Shown in pieces: positions 52,101-61,318 of a stretch of 64,000 nucleotides of DNA. The notes under the pieces were generated by a model. It worked only from the letters and a program-made list of their open reading frames with translations, ran no database searches and was not told the origin of the DNA. The stretch spans positions 1-64,000 of the forward strand of contig MEQL01000038.1 of the NCBI GenBank assembly GCA_001770205.1, in the 5' to 3' direction. Source of the DNA: Bdellovibrionales bacterium RIFOXYD12_FULL_39_22. GTDB taxonomy: Bacteria; Bdellovibrionota; Bacteriovoracia; Bacteriovoracales; Bacteriovoracaceae. The position numbers and the translations under genes were made by a program. The first letter of the stretch is position 1; each line of letters begins with the position of its first letter.

Positions 52101-52581
52101 TTTTTAAATTTTCCAGTTTGAAAGTTTTTTGATTACCAGTGGGAAAATCACATTTTTCCAACATGTCGTTGATCATGCCTTGCAGGCCCATTTTTCGACC
52201 ATCATCCGGGGAATATATTCGTGCAATGCCATAGTGTTGTAGCTCTTCAATTTCTGTTGGCAAAATAACGCCACCGCCACCAGCAAAAATTTTAATATGG
52301 GCAGAATTTTTGGTTTGCAACATATCGTACATATATTTAAGATACTCAACGTGTCCGCCTTGATAGGAGGTAATAGCGATGGCCTGAGCATCTTCTTCGA
52401 TGGCGCAGTTAACGATTTCTGCAACGGAGCGGTTGTGGCCTAAATGGATTACTTCGCAACCAGATGCTTGCATAATTCTTCGCATGATGTTTATCGCGGC
52501 ATCATGGCCATCAAAGAGAGAGGCGGCAGTTACCACTCTGATTTTATTTTTTGAAAGGTAGGGCGCAACTTCAGTTTGCAT
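49189..52581 (-). CDS. icmF: Fused isobutyryl-CoA mutase/MeaI GTPase chaperone
   Basis: B12 motif DGHDAA, GTPase [18 protein letters not shown]; mutase TRMFAGEG (Phe as in ICM), HIQTSGRSL. Confidence 0.96.
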   Translation of the reverse strand: MQTEVAPYLSKNKIRVVTAASLFDGHDAAINIMRRIMQASGCEVIHLGHNRSVAEIVNCAIEEDAQAIAITSYQGGHVEYLKYMYDMLQTKNSAHIKIFAGGGGVILPTEIEELQHYGIARIYSPDDGRKMGLQGMINDMLEKCDFPTGNQKTFKLENLKTCGHQTIAQLISCAENFADDNQAIFDRIRTMAQSSKTPVLGITGTGGAGKSSLVDELVNRFLTDFENKQVAIISVDPSKRKTGGALLGDRIRMNAINSDRVYMRSLATRQSNLALSKYVQSAIEIVKAANFDLIILETSGIGQSDTEITDHSNLSLYVMTPEYGASSQLEKIDMLDFADIIAINKFDKRGAEDALRDVTKQYKRNHKIFDHGPGTDSKVPIFGTIASQFNDPGMNHLYQEVISQLNSKLKIGLTSQFTLTSGMSEKKYIIPPKKTRYLAEIVETIRAHQNWIAEQCDLAETTQSLSTALATLSKNDNAATQSLENKYQNLSERQDPVCKKIISGWPTKISQYKNDFYSYCVRDKEIKIKTYTESLSKTKIPKIAMPKYRSHADILRWSLNENVPGEYPFTAGVFPFKREGEDPTRMFAGEGGPERTNRRFHYLSCGLPATRLSTAFDSVTLYGEDPNRRPDIYGKIGNSGVSICCLDDAKKLYSGFRLTDAKTSVSMTINGPSAIMVGYFMNAAIDQECEIYINQQGLENSVRKKIKEIYEKKYIAQHLTLPSYQGPLPEGNDGLGLMLLGVSGDQVLPSDIYEKIKLDTISKVRGTVQADILKEDQGQNTCIFSTEFALKIMGDIQEYFINNNVRNFYSVSISGYHIAEAGANPITQLALTLSNGFTFVEYYLSRGMDIDAFAPNLSFFFSNGIDPEYAVIGRVARRIWARAMKLKYGGNSRSQMLKYHIQTSGRSLHAQEIDFNDIRTTLQALYAIYDNCNSLHTNAYDEAITTPTEESVRRAMAIQLIINSELGLAKNQNAMQGSFIIEELTDLVEEAVLSEFEKISERGGVLGAMETMYQRSKIQEESLYYETLKHTGEYPIIGVNTFLSSKGSPTIIPREVIRATTEEKENQITTVERCHTANAQLAKQLLQELHMVARDNKNIFEKLMEVSKYCSIGQITNSLYHVGGQYRRNM

Positions 52582-52660
52582 AGTAGTTAATCCTCGCAAG
52601 ATAATTAGCAGTAGATCTTATTAAGAAATAGGGTAATTTTTTATAAATAATTTGATGGTA

Positions 52661-52676
52661 TGGCCACAGTTTTGCT
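52661..52676 (+). promoter_or_regulatory. Possible sigma54 promoter for the acyl-CoA operon
   Basis: TGGCCACAGTTTTGCT, GG-N10-GC with TTGCT; weakened by the high GGCC background. Confidence 0.35.
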
Positions 52677-52819
52677 AAAAATGCTTAAGACGCCGTGTGT
52701 CACGAATTAAAAATAAACGCGATAACTCCTGGCCCTTGCTAGCTCTAATTTTCGAGAATATCATTTTGGGGTTCATCTAATTTTTTTGATAAAATTATTT
52801 TGCATCGGGAGTTCATTAC

Positions 52820-53638
52820 ATGAGCAATTCTGGCGCTGTCTCTAAACATTCTTATAAAAATTTAAATGTCGTTGAATCACGAGAGGATAAAATTATTTAT
52901 CTGTCAGTAAATCGGCCAGATAAATTAAATGCACTCAATCATGATGTTTTGAAAGAATTAAAAGATTTTTTCCTTGCTGCCAGAGAGAGTATTTTGGACT
53001 CTGGTATGCGCGGAGTGATTTTTTTTGGAGAAGGGCCCAAGGCCTTTATTGCTGGAGCTGATATTGCACAACTGGCGACTCTTCCTCCTGAGTCGGCCTA
53101 TGAGATGAGCAAAACTGGCCAAGAGGTGACTCTTTTAATGGAGGAGTTTCCTCTGCCGATTATTGCAACCGTACATGGATTTGCACTAGGAGGAGGATGT
53201 GAGATGGCCATGGGAGCGGATTTTATCTATGCCACCGAAGATGCCATTTTTGGACAACCGGAAGTAAAGTTAGGATTGATTCCTGGTTTTGGTGGTTCGC
53301 AGCGCTTGGCAAAACTTATTGGGAGGGGGCGTGCTCGGGAGTTGATGTATACTGGGGCCAATCTTTCGGCCAAAGAGGCACTTGCTTATGGGTTAGTTAC
53401 AAAATTATTTAAAAACAAAGAAGAGATGATGGCCGGAGCAAAAATGGTCATTTCGATGATGGCCAAAAATTCGAGGCAAGCAATTGCGGAGGCCAAAAAA
53501 GTAATGAATTTGGGAAATGATTTGACTGTGAAAGATGGACTAAAAATCGAAGTTAGTAGTTTTTCTAAATTATTTCAGACGGAAGAGATGAAAGAGGGAA
53601 CTAATGCCTTTATGCAAAAAAGAAAGGCAAACTTTTAG
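52820..53638 (+). CDS. Enoyl-CoA hydratase (crotonase)
   Basis: NRPDKLNAL, FIAGADI, ALGGGCE, GQPEVKLGLIPGFGG. Confidence 0.95.
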   Translation: MSNSGAVSKHSYKNLNVVESREDKIIYLSVNRPDKLNALNHDVLKELKDFFLAARESILDSGMRGVIFFGEGPKAFIAGADIAQLATLPPESAYEMSKTGQEVTLLMEEFPLPIIATVHGFALGGGCEMAMGADFIYATEDAIFGQPEVKLGLIPGFGGSQRLAKLIGRGRARELMYTGANLSAKEALAYGLVTKLFKNKEEMMAGAKMVISMMAKNSRQAIAEAKKVMNLGNDLTVKDGLKIEVSSFSKLFQTEEMKEGTNAFMQKRKANF

Positions 53639-53652
53639 ACAAGGGAGATATC

Positions 53653-54795
53653 GTGATAACAGATGAGAGTTACAAAGAGATTAGAAATGTAGTGTCCAAC
53701 ATTGCCAACAACGTGCTTATGCCGATTGCTGGAAAAATCGATCATGAGGGGAAAATTCCTTCCACGGTTTTGGAAATGTTAAAAGAAAATGGTTTTATGG
53801 GAATTTTTGTTCCAGAAGAATATGGTGGGGCAGGAATGGATTACTTGCATTATAGTATTATTGTTGAAGAGATATCGAGAGGATGCGCTTCCACCGGGGT
53901 TTTGATTTCGGCGCACAACTCTCTTTGTATTGCTCCCATTTTAGATTTTGGTACAGAAGAGCAGAAGAAAAAATATTTGCCCAAGCTGGCCTCTGGCGAA
54001 CATATTGGATGCTTTTGTCTTAGTGAGCCGAATGCCGGTTCTGATCCAGGGTCACTCACTACTTTTGCGGAAGATCGTGGTGACCACTATGTGATAAATG
54101 GGACGAAAAATTTTATCACCAATGGGAAGGAAGCGAATATCGCGATTGTTTTTGCCAAGACACGAAAGACTCCGGATCACAAAGGAATGTCCGCTTTTAT
54201 TGTGGAAACTGCCAGTTCTGGATTTATGGTACAAAAGTGCGAAGATAAGCTTGGTATAAAAGGTTCTTCCACCGCGCAAATTGTTTTTGAAAATATGAAG
54301 GTGCCTAAGGCCAATTTATTAGGGCAAATTGAGAAAGGGTTTAAAATTGCTCTACACACGTTGGATGGTGGCCGGATTGGAATTGCCGCCCAGGCCCTAG
54401 GGATTGCGGAGGCCGCTTTTCGCTACGCTAAAAAATATTCCACTGAAAGAGTGCAATTTGGAAATCCCATTAGCTCTTTTCAAGGAGTACAATTTATTTT
54501 GGCCGACATGAGTACAAAGATTGCCGCATCACGCTTGCTCGTTTTAGATAGTAGCTTTAAGAAAAACCGCAAAGAAAGTTATTCAAAAGAGGGGGCGCAG
54601 GCCAAATTATTTGCTTCTGAAACAGCTATGTGGGTTACAACCAAGGCCATTCAGGTTTGTGGGGGTAATGGTTACACCAAAGAATATCCAGTGGAGCGCC
54701 ACTTTCGAGATGCGAAGATTACCGAAATTTATGAAGGGACATCTGAGGTGCAACGGATCGTTATTGCCGCGCAAGAGTTAAAAGATTTAACATAA
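53653..54795 (+). CDS. Short-chain (butyryl-type) acyl-CoA dehydrogenase
   Basis: LSEPNAGSD, KNFITNG, KLGIKGS, LDGGRIGIAAQ, IYEGTSEVQ. Confidence 0.95.
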   Translation: MITDESYKEIRNVVSNIANNVLMPIAGKIDHEGKIPSTVLEMLKENGFMGIFVPEEYGGAGMDYLHYSIIVEEISRGCASTGVLISAHNSLCIAPILDFGTEEQKKKYLPKLASGEHIGCFCLSEPNAGSDPGSLTTFAEDRGDHYVINGTKNFITNGKEANIAIVFAKTRKTPDHKGMSAFIVETASSGFMVQKCEDKLGIKGSSTAQIVFENMKVPKANLLGQIEKGFKIALHTLDGGRIGIAAQALGIAEAAFRYAKKYSTERVQFGNPISSFQGVQFILADMSTKIAASRLLVLDSSFKKNRKESYSKEGAQAKLFASETAMWVTTKAIQVCGGNGYTKEYPVERHFRDAKITEIYEGTSEVQRIVIAAQELKDLT

Positions 54796-54830
54796 GAGAC
54801 TACTCAAAGGTCAGAAAAGGTGCGTAAAGT

Positions 54831-56687
54831 ATGAAACCAGTTGTTACTTCCGCTAAAGAGGCCGTGTTGGCCATTCCTAAAGGGCAGCGTATTTTTATTG
54901 GATCGGGAGCGGCCATTCCGCAAGTATTAGTGGATGCCTTGACTGAAAACAAGGAGCATTTTTTAGATAATGAAGTGGTGCAAATTCTAACACTAGGAAA
55001 GGCGCCATTTGCCCAAAAGGGTTTTGAAAAACATTTTCGTAATAATAATTTTTTTATTGGAGCAAACGTAAGAGAGGCCGTTCAAGAAGGTCGGGCCGAT
55101 TTTACGCCAATGTTTTTAAGTGAAGTTCCGGCCCTTTTAAAGTCAAAATCTTTTCCTATTGCGGCGGCACTGGTTTCGGTTACTCCTCCAGATAAAAATG
55201 GAATGTGCAGTCTGGGGGTTAGTGTAGACGTGGTTAAAAGTGGATTGGATAGTGCGAGAATAAAAATTGCGCAGATCAATACGAAGATGCCGCGGACTTT
55301 TGGAGATTCACTAATTCCTTACAAATCTTTTGATTACGTAGTTCAGGCAGAACAAGATATTTTTGAATTATCAGAGTCACATTTGGAAATTGATGCTGAT
55401 TCTGAAGCTATTGGAAAACACATTGCCGGAATGATAAAAGATGGAGATGTGTTGCAAACTGGTATTGGTAGTATTCCCAATGCGGTGTTGAAGAATCTTA
55501 CGAAGAAGAACGATTTAGGCGTACATACCGAGATGTTTCCTGATGGGTTGGCCGATCTTTTAAAAAATGGAAATATTACCAACAAAACCAAAAAGATTTT
55601 GCATGGTAGGTGCTTGACTGGCTTTTGCATGGGAACTAAAAAACTTTATGACTTTGTTCATGAAAATCCACTTATTCAATTTTATCCCTCAGAATTCACC
55701 AATGATCCCTTTATTATTGCCCAAAATGATAATATGGTTTCGATTAACTCGGCCTTGCAAGTGGATTTGACTGGCCAGGTTTGCGCAGATTCTATTGGAC
55801 ATAAGTTTTACAGTGGGATTGGCGGCCAAGTAGATTTTATTCGAGGCGCCTCGCGCTCTAAAGGGGGGCGTGCGATTTTAGCACTTCCTTCAACTGCCAA
55901 AAATGGAGCAGTTTCTCGTATTGTTGCCGATCTGCTTCCAGGAGCGGGCGTTGTTACTTCCCGAGGAGATGTTCGTTATGTGGTGACAGAGTTTGGAGTT
56001 GCCTATTTACATGGCAAGACCGTTAGGCAGCGAGCTTTGGAGTTGATTCAGATTGCTCATCCTAAATTTCGCGATGAGCTTTTGGAGTTTGTTAAAAATC
56101 ATAAATATGTTTATTTCGATCAAAGATTGCTGCAGCGAGGAGCAAATTATCCAGTAGATTGGGAATTGCATGGACTGTTTGAAAACAAAGATTGCTATTT
56201 GCGGCCAATAAAAATAACTGATGAAAAAAAATTGCAAGATCTCTTCTACTCTCGTTTTAACGATGAAGAAGAAGTTTATGAATCGGATTTGCCATCGGCG
56301 TTTTCTCGGCAAGGTATTCAACATTTTGTAAATCTTGATTATAAAAAAGAGATGGCCTTTGGGGTTTTTAGACATGCTGATTTTGATAGTATTTTAGTGG
56401 GGTTTGCTTACTTCTCTGCGTTTGACGATAGAAGTGATGGTGGAGAGCAGGTGGCAGAGATGAATTTTATGGTAGACAAAAATTTTCGAGGCCGAGGAAT
56501 TGGTAAAATGCTAACTCAAAAACTTTTTGCTTACGCTAAAACAGTAAAAATTTCCAAGTTGCATGCTACTGTATCGGCAGATAATTTACCAATGATTCAC
56601 CTTTTGCGAGGATTAGGAAAAGAGACAACCAATTGGAAGAGTTCTGCGGTAGGTAATCAGGTTACTTTCGAGTATGTATTAGTTTAA
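54831..56687 (+). CDS. Acetyl-CoA hydrolase/transferase fused to GNAT acetyltransferase
   Basis: QTGIGSIP, HTEMF, SGIGGQVDF, VVTEFG; C-terminal LRPI..., FRGRGIG, ADNLPM. Confidence 0.92.
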   Translation: MKPVVTSAKEAVLAIPKGQRIFIGSGAAIPQVLVDALTENKEHFLDNEVVQILTLGKAPFAQKGFEKHFRNNNFFIGANVREAVQEGRADFTPMFLSEVPALLKSKSFPIAAALVSVTPPDKNGMCSLGVSVDVVKSGLDSARIKIAQINTKMPRTFGDSLIPYKSFDYVVQAEQDIFELSESHLEIDADSEAIGKHIAGMIKDGDVLQTGIGSIPNAVLKNLTKKNDLGVHTEMFPDGLADLLKNGNITNKTKKILHGRCLTGFCMGTKKLYDFVHENPLIQFYPSEFTNDPFIIAQNDNMVSINSALQVDLTGQVCADSIGHKFYSGIGGQVDFIRGASRSKGGRAILALPSTAKNGAVSRIVADLLPGAGVVTSRGDVRYVVTEFGVAYLHGKTVRQRALELIQIAHPKFRDELLEFVKNHKYVYFDQRLLQRGANYPVDWELHGLFENKDCYLRPIKITDEKKLQDLFYSRFNDEEEVYESDLPSAFSRQGIQHFVNLDYKKEMAFGVFRHADFDSILVGFAYFSAFDDRSDGGEQVAEMNFMVDKNFRGRGIGKMLTQKLFAYAKTVKISKLHATVSADNLPMIHLLRGLGKETTNWKSSAVGNQVTFEYVLV

Positions 56688-56696
56688 TGGAGTGTT

Positions 56697-57071
56697 ATGG
56701 CAAAAATTTTATTGATTGATGACGATGAAGATATGTTGCGTTTGATTAAAAGCATTGTGGAGTGTTCTGGGCACCAGGTTAGTATGACAAATGGGGTTAA
56801 GCCGGCCTTGAAATTGTTATCGAAAGAGAATTTTTCCCTTATTTTTTTGGACTTACAGATGCCCGAATTCACCGGCCATGATTTTCTCTCCCTTTACAGT
56901 GCGATACATCAGGATAAAAATACACCCATTGTAGTTTTAAGTTCTGATAAATCAGAAGACGCTTACAACAAGGCCATTGCTGCTGGTGCTCGTGATTTTA
57001 TTGCCAAACCAATATCGAATAAGGTTTCCTTCTTGCGAGTGGTAGAGAAATATGTTGAGGCCAATGGTTAA
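56697..57071 (+). CDS. Single-domain response regulator (CheY-like)
   Basis: ILLIDDD, FLDLQMP, LSS, FIAKP. Confidence 0.93.
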   Translation: MAKILLIDDDEDMLRLIKSIVECSGHQVSMTNGVKPALKLLSKENFSLIFLDLQMPEFTGHDFLSLYSAIHQDKNTPIVVLSSDKSEDAYNKAIAAGARDFIAKPISNKVSFLRVVEKYVEANG

Positions 57072-57354
57072 AAATTATACTTCGCTGTCGTTTTTACATT
57101 TAATATTTTATTTTTTCCCCGACTCCATCTTCTGGGTGCGATTAAATTTGCTATGCGCTATATGTTTTTAGATGGAGAAGAAAACGAGAGAGGACAAGTT
57201 ACCACTTACTTGTACACATACCAATTAAACGATATGGAAGATAATGAAGGCGACTAACAATACCAGGGAAGTCAATGTTATCCAACGGACGCAAAACTGG
57301 TGCCAATTACCCTTTAGCTTATTCGCTTATCCCATCTCATCTTGTGGAACAAGA

Positions 57355-58011
57355 TTAATTTACATAGGAGCGAATTAGGCCCACTAATGTTCCTGCAATC
57401 TTAAAATTTTCAGTAGTAACCCTTATTGGTTTCATTGCAGAATTGGCCGGCCTTAATTCAACGAACTCTTTTTGTGGATAGAAATGTTTAACAGTGGCCT
57501 CACCATCAATGAGTGCTATCACTGTTTCTCCGCGTTCTGCATGATTAGTACTTTTGCAAATGATAAGGTCTCCTTCTAAAATTCCATCCTCAATCATGGA
57601 ACTTCCTTCAACTTGCAGCGCAAAATACTTATATCCGCGCTTAATAAAATTGGCCGGCACAGAAACAAGAGGGGTGCTTTCTAAATGGTGGGCCTGTTCT
57701 ATTGCTTCTATCGGGGCACCGGCGGCAATCTTGCCCAAAAGTGGGATTTCTTCAAAATTAGAATGATTAGTTGTCGTACGAAGCTCGCCTTCACTCATTG
57801 CGCCTTTCGGACGAAGTCCTCGACGCTCATTCCAGTTTGCTTCCTCTAGAAGGCCCGCATCAACGAGGTAGTTTATGTACCGCTGCACGGAACCAAAGGA
57901 TTTAAAACTAAAATGTTCTTTGATTTCGCGCTGTGTCGGTGAATATCCATGCTTTGTAAGATAGTTATTTATATAGTCAAAGATCTCTTTTTGCTTGGCA
58001 GTAATCCCCAT
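57355..58011 (-). CDS. lexA: SOS repressor LexA
   Basis: GYSPTQREI wHTH, IAAGAP cleavage site, GSSM catalytic Ser, ATVK catalytic Lys. Confidence 0.96.
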   Translation of the reverse strand: MGITAKQKEIFDYINNYLTKHGYSPTQREIKEHFSFKSFGSVQRYINYLVDAGLLEEANWNERRGLRPKGAMSEGELRTTTNHSNFEEIPLLGKIAAGAPIEAIEQAHHLESTPLVSVPANFIKRGYKYFALQVEGSSMIEDGILEGDLIICKSTNHAERGETVIALIDGEATVKHFYPQKEFVELRPANSAMKPIRVTTENFKIAGTLVGLIRSYVN

Positions 58012-58018
58012 ATGATAA

Positions 58019-58048
58019 ACGATAGCGTGTAAGTTAGACGTAAGTCAA
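58019..58048 (-). promoter_or_regulatory. lexA promoter with embedded direct-repeat candidate operator
   Basis: Minus strand TTGACT-18 bp-TATCGT; ACTTAC twice with 11-bp period (58029-58034, 58040-58045). Confidence 0.6.
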
Positions 58049-58153
58049 TCTTTTTGTAATTTCTTTCATTTTATATCATTAATCTTCTGGTAATTGACGA
58101 CGCACGGCCATCTAGCAATACTATATTACCAACGTCTTCAATAGAGGGAGGAT

Positions 58154-58918
58154 ATGCCGGTGAAAAATATAATAATCACACTTTTTTTATTACTTATAGT
58201 TGTTCACGTTCGAGCAGATGATTCTATTGATCTTGATGGATATGCATACAACACAATCGGGTCGGTAGAATTGGTGGAAATGGATCTGTCGGGACATGAT
58301 ATCTTCCTGGTCGATTCGATAATGCGCACAGGAACCACTCCCTCTTCTACTGCTCCTATTCCACCCACCGTAACGAATCCAACACCCGTTAATCCTCTAG
58401 ATCAAGTGATTGCAGAGATTGAGAAGTTATTAGCTATAGGACAAAAAATTTGGAAAATTATTGAAAATGGCCGACCGGTTATTAACACGAGTTATATTCC
58501 GGCAGTTAAAGTAATTCCCAAAGTGGTTTCAGAAGATAGTCGTGCTACCTTCGATAGCATGGATAATTGGTCGGAGCCAAAATATAAAAAATATGCCCTC
58601 ATCTATAAAAATCTTTATGGAATGAGCGTGGTTAATTTTCAGTACATTGTTCATTTTGAATATGATGGGCAATACGAAGGGAAAGGCCATTACCTTAACG
58701 CGGTTAGTATTACAGTTTCTAATATATCTGTTCTCTGGGGATATAAGTTTGATGTAGAGACAGAGTTGATTGGAATAAGCAATAGAGGTACCAATGAAAA
58801 CCCAATTGCCGCGGCCACCCTTAAGATAACTCACAAGGTAGAGACGTCCATTAAAAATGAAAATATCACCACTATCTTTGATATTGATGGCAAAGGAAGA
58901 ATCTCCCAACTGGAATAG
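58154..58918 (+). CDS. Hypothetical exported protein
   Basis: SD GGAGG, signal peptide, Pro/Thr linker, beta-rich C-terminus. Confidence 0.75.
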   Translation: MPVKNIIITLFLLLIVVHVRADDSIDLDGYAYNTIGSVELVEMDLSGHDIFLVDSIMRTGTTPSSTAPIPPTVTNPTPVNPLDQVIAEIEKLLAIGQKIWKIIENGRPVINTSYIPAVKVIPKVVSEDSRATFDSMDNWSEPKYKKYALIYKNLYGMSVVNFQYIVHFEYDGQYEGKGHYLNAVSITVSNISVLWGYKFDVETELIGISNRGTNENPIAAATLKITHKVETSIKNENITTIFDIDGKGRISQLE

Positions 58919-58972
58919 TTTGTTGGGAGATTAGTAAAAAATTTAATTATTAAATTATTAAATTATATAAAA

Positions 58973-60016
58973 TTAAAACCAATAAGAGAGAGTTGTTGCT
59001 AACTGATAAGCGTTCTGACGAGGTTGCACAACATCTTCAATCTCTTGGGAAGCATGTTCATATAAGGCCCCCACCGTAAAGAAGATATTTTTCTCCATTT
59101 TAAACTTAGTTCCGGCCTCAATTTTATTAACGGTTTGTTCAAGGTGCTTGTTTTTAAATTTTTCAGAATCCCTGTTATTGCATTGTTTATCAACAATTGC
59201 GGTTTCAACTTCAAATAAGAAATTGATTAGCTCATCGTATTTTTGCTCAAATCCAAGTTGAATAATGTGATCTTTGGCATCAATCGCACCGTGATAGACT
59301 TCGGCGTCGGTTTTAAGCGTGCCATACTGATACTCAAAAAAGAATTCAAAATCCATCCAATTATATTGAGCATTGAAATCTAAGGCCCAATTGCGTTCGT
59401 TGGCATCTACAGTATTATCTTGCAAATAGATTGCGGCAACAGCGGCAGTTAAATCAGTTCGTGGAAAAAATTCAAAATTGTTGGCAATACCTCGTCGCAA
59501 TCTTAGATCAGAGGATTTGCTTTCATATTTATCGCTGTATATGGTGAAGTGATTAAAAAATCCTAACTCTTTTGAACCAAAAGTTAGCTCAATTAGATTT
59601 TTATTATCGACATCATACCAAGAGTGGTTGGTTCCTAGTAATGATCCTCCGTCAAGATAGCTGGCCTCAATGGCGCCTCGAATTTGTTTTGAAAAGCTTA
59701 CCTTTCCCTTTCCCATTTCCAGTTTGATTTGGGGAGAGTGAGTATAGACGACAGAGGCTTCTTCAAAAATATTGTAAGGAGTGTCGAGGGAACTATCATC
59801 CAGATCCAGTTTGATTTTAGAGGAGAATTTTTCATAGAAAGCAGAAAACTTAAGATCAATTGCCCCAATGCCGTTATTGAATTGGGCATCGGCCTGATTT
59901 TCTTTTACCGCTTTCATTAGATCTACTGCAATGAATCCAGAAAACTTTGTGTCGACGGCAAGTGTTGGCCTGATTAAGGGAAGGATGAGGAAAAAAAGAG
60001 GGATTAGCTTTAACAT
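58973..60016 (-). CDS. Putative outer-membrane beta-barrel/porin
   Basis: SD AGGAG, signal peptide, amphipathic strands, C-terminal TLSYWF. Confidence 0.7.
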   Translation of the reverse strand: MLKLIPLFFLILPLIRPTLAVDTKFSGFIAVDLMKAVKENQADAQFNNGIGAIDLKFSAFYEKFSSKIKLDLDDSSLDTPYNIFEEASVVYTHSPQIKLEMGKGKVSFSKQIRGAIEASYLDGGSLLGTNHSWYDVDNKNLIELTFGSKELGFFNHFTIYSDKYESKSSDLRLRRGIANNFEFFPRTDLTAAVAAIYLQDNTVDANERNWALDFNAQYNWMDFEFFFEYQYGTLKTDAEVYHGAIDAKDHIIQLGFEQKYDELINFLFEVETAIVDKQCNNRDSEKFKNKHLEQTVNKIEAGTKFKMEKNIFFTVGALYEHASQEIEDVVQPRQNAYQLATTLSYWF

Positions 60017-60166
60017 GTCATACTCCTGTTTGAGGTTAGAGGGGAAAGAGGGGTAGTCATTATCAAAAAGTTGCAATAAAAAAAAGTAAAATAAGTAGAT
60101 ATTTCTATATATTATTCCGGAGTGGATTTACTTTGAGATGATGTTTTGATAGAAAAGCAAATCTGT

Positions 60167-61138
60167 ATGAGCGTAAAATTTTTTTTAGAGACCATTCCAC
60201 TATCCATTATTAGTGAGATGAAAAATCTCCAACTGACGGTAATGGATCAATCCGTAAACAAAGAGATGGAAAAGTTGCTGGCCAAAACGGTTTTAGTGGG
60301 CGGTAAACGATTACGCCCTATTATGACCTATCTCTTTGGTGATTTTTTTTCGATTCAACTTTCTAAAATAACTCCACTGGCCCGCGCCATTGAGCTTGTT
60401 CATGCTGCTAGTCTTAGTCATGATGATGTCGTTGATAACGCCACTACTCGAAGGGGAACACCTTCTATCAATATTGTTTCCTCTAATCAGCGCGCAGTGT
60501 TGGCCGGGGATTATCTGCTTGCCGATGTTATTGTCTCATTAAGTAGGGAAAATGATATAAATTTGATTCGGGAGATGTCTCTTGTCATTCAGGCCCTTTC
60601 AGACGGGGAGTGGTTACAGTTAAATGCGTCTGAATCAAGAAAATATTCGCGCGAAATTATTGAGGAGATTGCGCTAAAAAAAACAGGGAGTGTGATTAGT
60701 TGGTGTTGTGTGGCCCCGGCCTATCGTTATGGGGCCTCGGCATCGGTTGTTGAATATTGTAGAGAGCTTGGGCACAATATTGGGATTGCCTTTCAAATGA
60801 TCGATGATACTTTGGATTTTTCGGATAAATCTCAAAAAGATCATTTTCTGGATATGGAAAATGGTATTATCAATAGCGTTATTTATGAGTGGTTACAGAT
60901 GAATCCAGAGATTAATGAAGCGTTCAAAAAAGGTAAAAAGATAACGGATCTGTGGACTAATAATAAATTACAAGAGGCGGTCGAGGTGGTGCGAGAACGG
61001 GCCGCAAAAAAATTGGCAAGGGCCAATGAATTACTAGAGGTCGTGGCCCAAGAGGCAGGACTTGATTCTGCAAATATTGCTAAGAAAATGGCACCGCTTA
61101 AAAGTATGATTCGTTTTATTGGAGAGCGTTCACTCTAG
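60167..61138 (+). CDS. Polyprenyl diphosphate synthase
   Basis: GGKRLRP, HDDVVD..TRRG, AVLAGD, KTG, FQMIDDTLD; start uncertain. Confidence 0.93.
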   Translation: MSVKFFLETIPLSIISEMKNLQLTVMDQSVNKEMEKLLAKTVLVGGKRLRPIMTYLFGDFFSIQLSKITPLARAIELVHAASLSHDDVVDNATTRRGTPSINIVSSNQRAVLAGDYLLADVIVSLSRENDINLIREMSLVIQALSDGEWLQLNASESRKYSREIIEEIALKKTGSVISWCCVAPAYRYGASASVVEYCRELGHNIGIAFQMIDDTLDFSDKSQKDHFLDMENGIINSVIYEWLQMNPEINEAFKKGKKITDLWTNNKLQEAVEVVRERAAKKLARANELLEVVAQEAGLDSANIAKKMAPLKSMIRFIGERSL

Positions 61139-61318
61139 TTTTATTTTAAGATCTATTTTGTTTTTTTGCAGTAACTGCCGGCCGTTCCTGTTGGCCTATT
61201 TCGGAACATAAATCAAATATCCTTTATATAGATCGTTGACGAAAATTACAACAAACCATAAAACGTCCACCTCGTATCAGAAAAATAGACAGCAACAGAT
61301 GTTTTAGGAGGTTTTTTT

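Noticed and set aside
52582..52819. Cobalamin riboswitch expected upstream of icmF
   Set aside because: No GGGAA, GCCACTG or B12-box elements on the minus strand.
57260..57310. GGACGCAAAAC resembling the c-di-GMP-I riboswitch core
   Set aside because: No GNRA-capped P2 or receptor-containing P3, and no co-oriented downstream gene.
58936..58975. AATTATTA short tandem repeats
   Set aside because: Low-complexity AT-rich gap between convergent genes; not a CRISPR or iteron array.
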